64,000 bases of DNA from Nemertoderma westbladi (taxonomy: Eukaryota > Animalia > Xenacoelomorpha): assembly GCA_032718475.1 (NCBI GenBank), contig JAUCBJ010007725.1, forward strand, positions 62,001-126,000. The letters are read 5' to 3'. The position numbers were made by a program, and so were the translations under genes. The notes beneath the pieces are model-generated. The model did no database searches. It worked only from the letters and a program-made list of their open reading frames with translations, and was not told where the DNA came from. Positions 58,676 through 64,000 of this stretch are shown piece after piece; position 1 is the stretch's first letter, and each line of letters begins with the position of its first letter.

Positions 58676-59614
58676 TATTTTAAATAATTGAATTTCTGAA
58701 TTTTAGGGTTACTTGGTTACTTTACTTACTTTATTACCGTTTTTTGAGCAGTAATCCAACTGATATTGAGACCTAATGGTTGTATGGTATGCCTACTATT
58801 TCTAAATCGTTAGATTTGATTTATAATATATATATATATACCCGTTTTAATGGGTTTTGTCAATGTTTGAAATAAATGTTATTATTTCTGGGGAGTAATC
58901 ACTACACAAAGCGGTGCGCTTTCAGTGAAGTGTTACTTATAGGACACTAAAACAAATAATTCTAATTTACCTAAGTTACTTAATACTACAAATTACGTAC
59001 AATTCGGGTGAGATTACAATCTCTAAATAAACACAAAAATTTACAAAAAACACAAAATACGAATTTTCAGGGTAATTTTACAAGAAGTCTACAAACCAGT
59101 CTAACAAAGGGTTAGAATCTGGTTATTACAACGGACAGGGTACTGCGGTATTTGAAAATAATACGTAGTAGTAAATACACTGCGTTGTCCAGATAGGAAA
59201 ATACCACCGCCTGACGACCTATAGCCGTATCGCTATAGGTACTACGTTATGTATCACGGAGTGTTCCTACCTAGAAGTTAATAGAGCTAATCGAACGTGC
59301 CTATCAACCACTTTACAACACAAATATAATGCCTACACTAATTACTCTCGGAAAGCACTGTACACTAAACCCTAAATTAGGTACGAGTGCTTATACAACA
59401 GATAATCAGTAGTTAAAAATACTTGAACAGCTAAAAGAACCACGGCATCTGCTGGAGTGACCGATGCACAAAATCACCAGTCTTTACCTACGCCAAGCAG
59501 CCCGTGTAGTACCGGGGTTAATTTAACTATAGCGGTATGTATAACAAACACAATTACTGTAGGAACAAACTTGGGGAATGAATGTTGCGAATAATCGCAT
59601 AAACTCTGAATAAT

Positions 59615-60182
59615 AAATATTACGCTACGCGTACAAACCACTCAAACAAAATGCAGACCAAACACTGACAGACTACTATCAAGCCTAAATAAACTACAGG
59701 ACATGCAGACTCCGAAATGATTAGGTAGTATGCGTTCTAACCCAGTAGTACGACTTATTCTTTAGATGGGGGTTTACCTTACAGCTTTGGCTGCCCCTAC
59801 TTCCTAACCGTTCTTTATCGGACAGAGGCTCTACACACACTGCAATCCGTTCAGACCTAATAACAGCCAGACAACTAACCAGCCTACAAATTATCTAAAT
59901 AAATATTATACGCTACCCGTACAGACTTACACAAACAAAGTACAGACTAAACGATGGCAGACTACTCTCAAGCCTAAATAAACTACAGGACATGCAGACT
60001 CCGAAATGATTAGGTAGTATGCGTTCTAACCCAGTAGTACGACTTATTCTTTAGTTGGGGGTTTACCTTACAGCATTGGCTGCCCCTACTTCCTAACCGT
60101 TCTTTATCGGACAGGTGATCTACATACACTGCAATCCGTTCAGACTTAACAGCAATCAGACAACAGTTCAACCTACAAATTG
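59615..60182. repeat. 289-bp tandem duplication in the element leader
   Basis: aagcctaaataaactacaggacatgcagactccg at 59681 and 59970. Confidence 0.9.
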
Positions 60183-60539
60183 TCTGTACAATCTGATCAG
60201 GCTTACACGCCTTCTGTTCAATACTAGCCTACAAACAAATAAAACTGACAGAAATAAGTAAGCTCTAAAAGAAACAAGGGGTGTACAGTCCCTAATCTCT
60301 TAAACAGCCTACCGGTATTCAATAATCAAATCGAATAATACTAATGTACTTATACGGGAAGTACCGGTTAGGACAGTTAGGCCTACGGACCTACAGAAGT
60401 ACCAGTTCTGGCAGTTGGACCTACGGGCCTACAGCAGTACCGGTTCTGGCAGTTGGGCCTACTGACCTACAGATGTACCGTTCAGGTTTACCGGTTGACC
60501 AGTACTTTCAACTTTATTGCTTACTGCAATAAAGAAGCG

Positions 60540-60550
60540 ATATCCGTTAT
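60540..60550 (-). promoter_or_regulatory. Non-tRNA primer-binding site candidate ATAACGGATAT
   Basis: Abuts the 5' LTR; lacks TGG; exact complement of LTR 11-mer at 61289-61299. Confidence 0.6.
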
Positions 60551-61761
60551 TGTTCGCGCTTTCAGACCTTTGGCAGTTTAACCCGCCAAATTAGGATGTC
60601 TTCTAGATAATAATTCGCTTTTAGCCTATGACAAGTATTTGATTCACTACACTAGTCGAAACCAATCTGTGCGCGATCATTCACCCGCTGGATATACCCG
60701 GGAGATTGGGTTCGACGGCTTAATCTTATTGCTATGTAAGCCTAATGTATTATTCGACTGACAGTATTATATAATCTCTGACAATATTATTCACCTTCGG
60801 GAAATATTAACAGTTCCTTTAGGACGTGGCGCTCTATCTATATAAACAGAGTTATGACTTAAACTACTCACAACGATATGGCTTAGTTATAATTCACATA
60901 TATGGCGCATTCTTTAGGAAATGCTTCGTTATCAGTCTCACTCATACACAATGCTGCACAATACTGCACACTAATCTGCCGATCTTCACTGATTTTAGTC
61001 ACATATAAAAGGAACACGCACCGACTCATGTAGGGTCTATCAAATAACATTAGATTCACTTCAAACCACTTTAACATAAGTCACAATCGTTATATGTAAC
61101 CTTTCTCTCTTACCTTCGGTATATCAAGAATATTGGGGTTTCGGGGTTATTTATCGTTATTCCAAATATAATAATTCATCAACCATATTATGAAGAACCG
61201 ACAGTAAATAGCAGTATAACAATATAAAAGTATGCACCAGTGTGTGGTACATGCAGTTCAGTAAGTTGAGTTGCACAGTGATTCAGTGATAACGGATATA
61301 TGTCCTTATAATTAAGCCTACTAGTGTTAGGCTAAAACAGCAAAGCACAAAATATTTCCAAGCCGCTCTCTCCTGGCTCAGGACAGAATGTAAACACTGC
61401 ACAATAAGCATTGAGTGATTTCTAGGAAATTTCTGTACAAGAGCCATAAAAATGCTCTGATTGGCTGACTGAACTGAGAGACGCCGTAGAACAAAGAAAA
61501 TCAACACGTATGAATGTCAGCTGTTAACCGTCGTCATAGTAACTACTGTTCAAGAGTAGCTATCACCTTTTGCGTAACGGAATTGCCATAGAATCATCAA
61601 CTATGCCTTCCACAGTACACATACGGAGGAAATAGCTCTTAGATCCTCTAAAAACACCGATACAGCAATAATACGGTTTCTTACACCTATTAAATCAACT
61701 ACAGAGTATTTTAATGTAAAAATAATAAAAATAACGGGGCAATTCAGCAAAGGCTTTTACA
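60551..61761 (-). repeat. 5' LTR of giant BEL/Pao element
   Basis: Near-identical to 35073-36283. Confidence 0.95.
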
Positions 61762-63046
61762 CATACGGTTTGTATGAAGGATAATATAGAATAAGTGAGC
61801 GTTCTTACCAACTTAGTCACATCGTTACAGCTAAGACTAACTTAAGTAACTCTAAATGAATACGAGTTTAGTCTATTTTGGCTGTGTAGATATCGTAATT
61901 TCCGCCATGGAAACGCACTTGTTTTAAATAAATTCATTAATATTCCATTCAATACTATTCATTAATTATTATACATTCATTATAAATACGATCTAGCTAG
62001 ACCTACAGTAGTACTAGTCCTACCTACACATAAGGAGTGGAAACACAACACAATTATTTGGGATAAAATTCTACAGTAAATAAATACTGTAATATTTATA
62101 CCATAAAAGACTGCACTTGTGAAGAATACCACCAGGTTATCACATTTCGGCCGAAATATTATTGGGATTTTTATGAAGAATTTCTTAACTTTCACTGTAC
62201 ATACAGACTAATTCGTTTATTGTTTTGGTTAGATACAGCCCTTCTATAACTTGTTTTTGATTAAAAAAAAACTGGTAGGTATTCTTCACAAGGGGTAAAC
62301 TGAGGTGAAATATAAAAGCAGCTTCACGCGTGCCATGAAAAGACACCGAAGTTAATTTATGTATTATAAATTATTATAACATTAATTTATTATTGTATCA
62401 TCCCTGTTAATAAATGAATATTATATTTATTAGCATAACTTATTTATCCTGATAGGCCCAAACGTGCGCATAGCGCTGGTTCAACCCCCGGTGACGTGCA
62501 TTCTCATTATTTCCATTTCTGAACAACTTATTACAATATTATTCTACAAGCATATGAGTTATATGTTAATTAATATTTTTGTGAGTTCGAAAAGTTTTAT
62601 AGATGGAAACTAAAATTTACATTATCATATATTTATTAGCTGATGTTAAAAAGCTTTCTATTTGATACATTACATTACGTTTAGTTATGTATGTTTATTT
62701 TTCTTCAACTTTGTCTTTGTATCTCAGGAATATGCTTTTAAAACCACAACGAAATGGCTTGTTGGTGATAATATAGATCCAGAAAGATATAGCTTGGTTA
62801 CCAAGAGCCATATAGGCCATACACATAAGGGCTATGTGATATTTATTACCTGAAAATATATAAGGAAATATTAAACTGACATAGACCTATTTCATTCCAG
62901 GATTATGCCCCGGTGGCTAAATTCATAAGATTAGTAAAATGGTGTAACAATGTAACAATGCAATCGGTACTGACCGCCCCTGAAATAAAATGGTTATTGA
63001 AATATCAAGTAAAAATATATTTATAAATGTAAGAGTTTAAAGATCT

Positions 63047-64000
63047 GTGAGATCTGAGGTCGCTATGTTGATGGGTCCGCTGCCACTGTGTATGAATGGC
63101 TGACCACGAGATCTCGGGGCACTATGTTGCTGGGTCCGCCTGCACTGTGTAGTGTATGGCTGACCGTGAGATCTGGGGTCGCTATGTTGATGGGTCCGCC
63201 GCCTCTGTGTATGGCTGACCGTGAGATCTGGGGGCGCTGTGATGTTGGGTACGCCGGTACTGTGTGTGGCTGACCGCGAGATCTGGGGGCGCTATGTTGC
63301 TGGTCCCGCCGGCACTGTGTATGAATGGCTGACCACGAGATCTGGGGGTGCTATGTTGATGGGTCCGCCGCCACTGTGTATGAATGGCTGACCACGAGAT
63401 CTGGGGGCACTATGATGCTGGGTCCGCCGCCACTGTGTGCGGCTGACCGTGAGATCTGGGGGCGCTGTGATGTTGGTCCCGCCGTCACTGTGTATGGCTG
63501 ACCGTGAGATCTGGGGGCGCTATGTTGCTGGGGTCTGCCGGCACTGCGTATGGCTGACCACGAGATCTGGGGCGCTATGTTGCTGGGTCCACCGGCACTG
63601 TGTATGGCTGACCGCGAGATCTGGGGGCGCTATGTTGCTGGGGTCTGCCGGCACTGCGTATGGCTGACCACGAGATCTGGGGCGCTATGTTGCTGGGTCC
63701 ACCGGCACTGTGTATGGCTGACCACGAGATCTGGGGGCGCTATGTTGCTGGGTCCACCAGCACTGTGTATGGCTGACCACGAAATCTGGGGGCACTATTT
63801 TGATGGGTCCACCGCCACTGTGTATGAATGGCTGACCACGAGATCTGGGGGCGCTATGTTGCTGGGCCCACCGGCACTGTGTATGGCTGACCACGAAATC
63901 TGGGGGCACTATGTTGATGGGACCACCGCCACTGTGTATGAATGGCTGACCGTGAGATCTGGGGGCGCTGTGATGTTGGGTACGCCGGTACTGTGTGTGG
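63047..64000. repeat. GC-rich minisatellite, ~55-60-bp unit, runs off the window end
   Basis: tgtgtatggctgaccacgagatctgggggcgctatgttgctgggtccaccggcac repeated ~16 times. Confidence 0.95.

Larger units (their letters stand above)
35073..61761 (-). mobile_element. Giant (26.7 kb) BEL/Pao LTR retrotransposon with accessory ORF and nested cargo
   Basis: 1211-bp TG...CA LTRs (35073-36283, 60551-61761) with three substitutions seen by eye; 5-bp TSD CATAC (35068-35072, 61762-61766); minus-strand BEL pol; PPT-like gggagcgg next to the 3' LTR. Confidence 0.95.

Overview
AT-rich, repeat-dominated animal (probably invertebrate) genomic window with one clear host gene, a two-exon FBXO9 on the minus strand (14725-13215). 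Most of the rest is nested transposable elements. (i) A 13-kb Foldback/MULE-like element (17113-30107, 8-bp TSD) contains a TA-flanked Tc1/pogo-type non-autonomous element, which in turn contains a young full-length BEL/Pao LTR retrotransposon (22095-28673). (ii) A 5'-truncated BEL/Pao copy sits inside a DINE/Helentron-like repeat. (iii) A giant 26.7-kb minus-strand BEL/Pao element (35073-61761, 1211-bp near-identical LTRs, TSD CATAC) carries two intact LINE insertions and older cargo. This giant element is the most unusual object. It has no tRNA-type primer-binding site; instead the 11 nt abutting its 5' LTR are the exact complement of an 11-mer inside the LTR and sit in a U5-leader stem, resembling Tf1 self-priming. 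Downstream of integrase it encodes a large accessory protein with a WRN/EXD/Mut-7-like DEDDy 3'-5' exonuclease and three CCHC zinc knuckles. The first 4.7 kb also holds an array of G.U-rich hairpins with conserved loops and varying stems, suggestive of a structured ncRNA. All calls were made by eye, without database searches.
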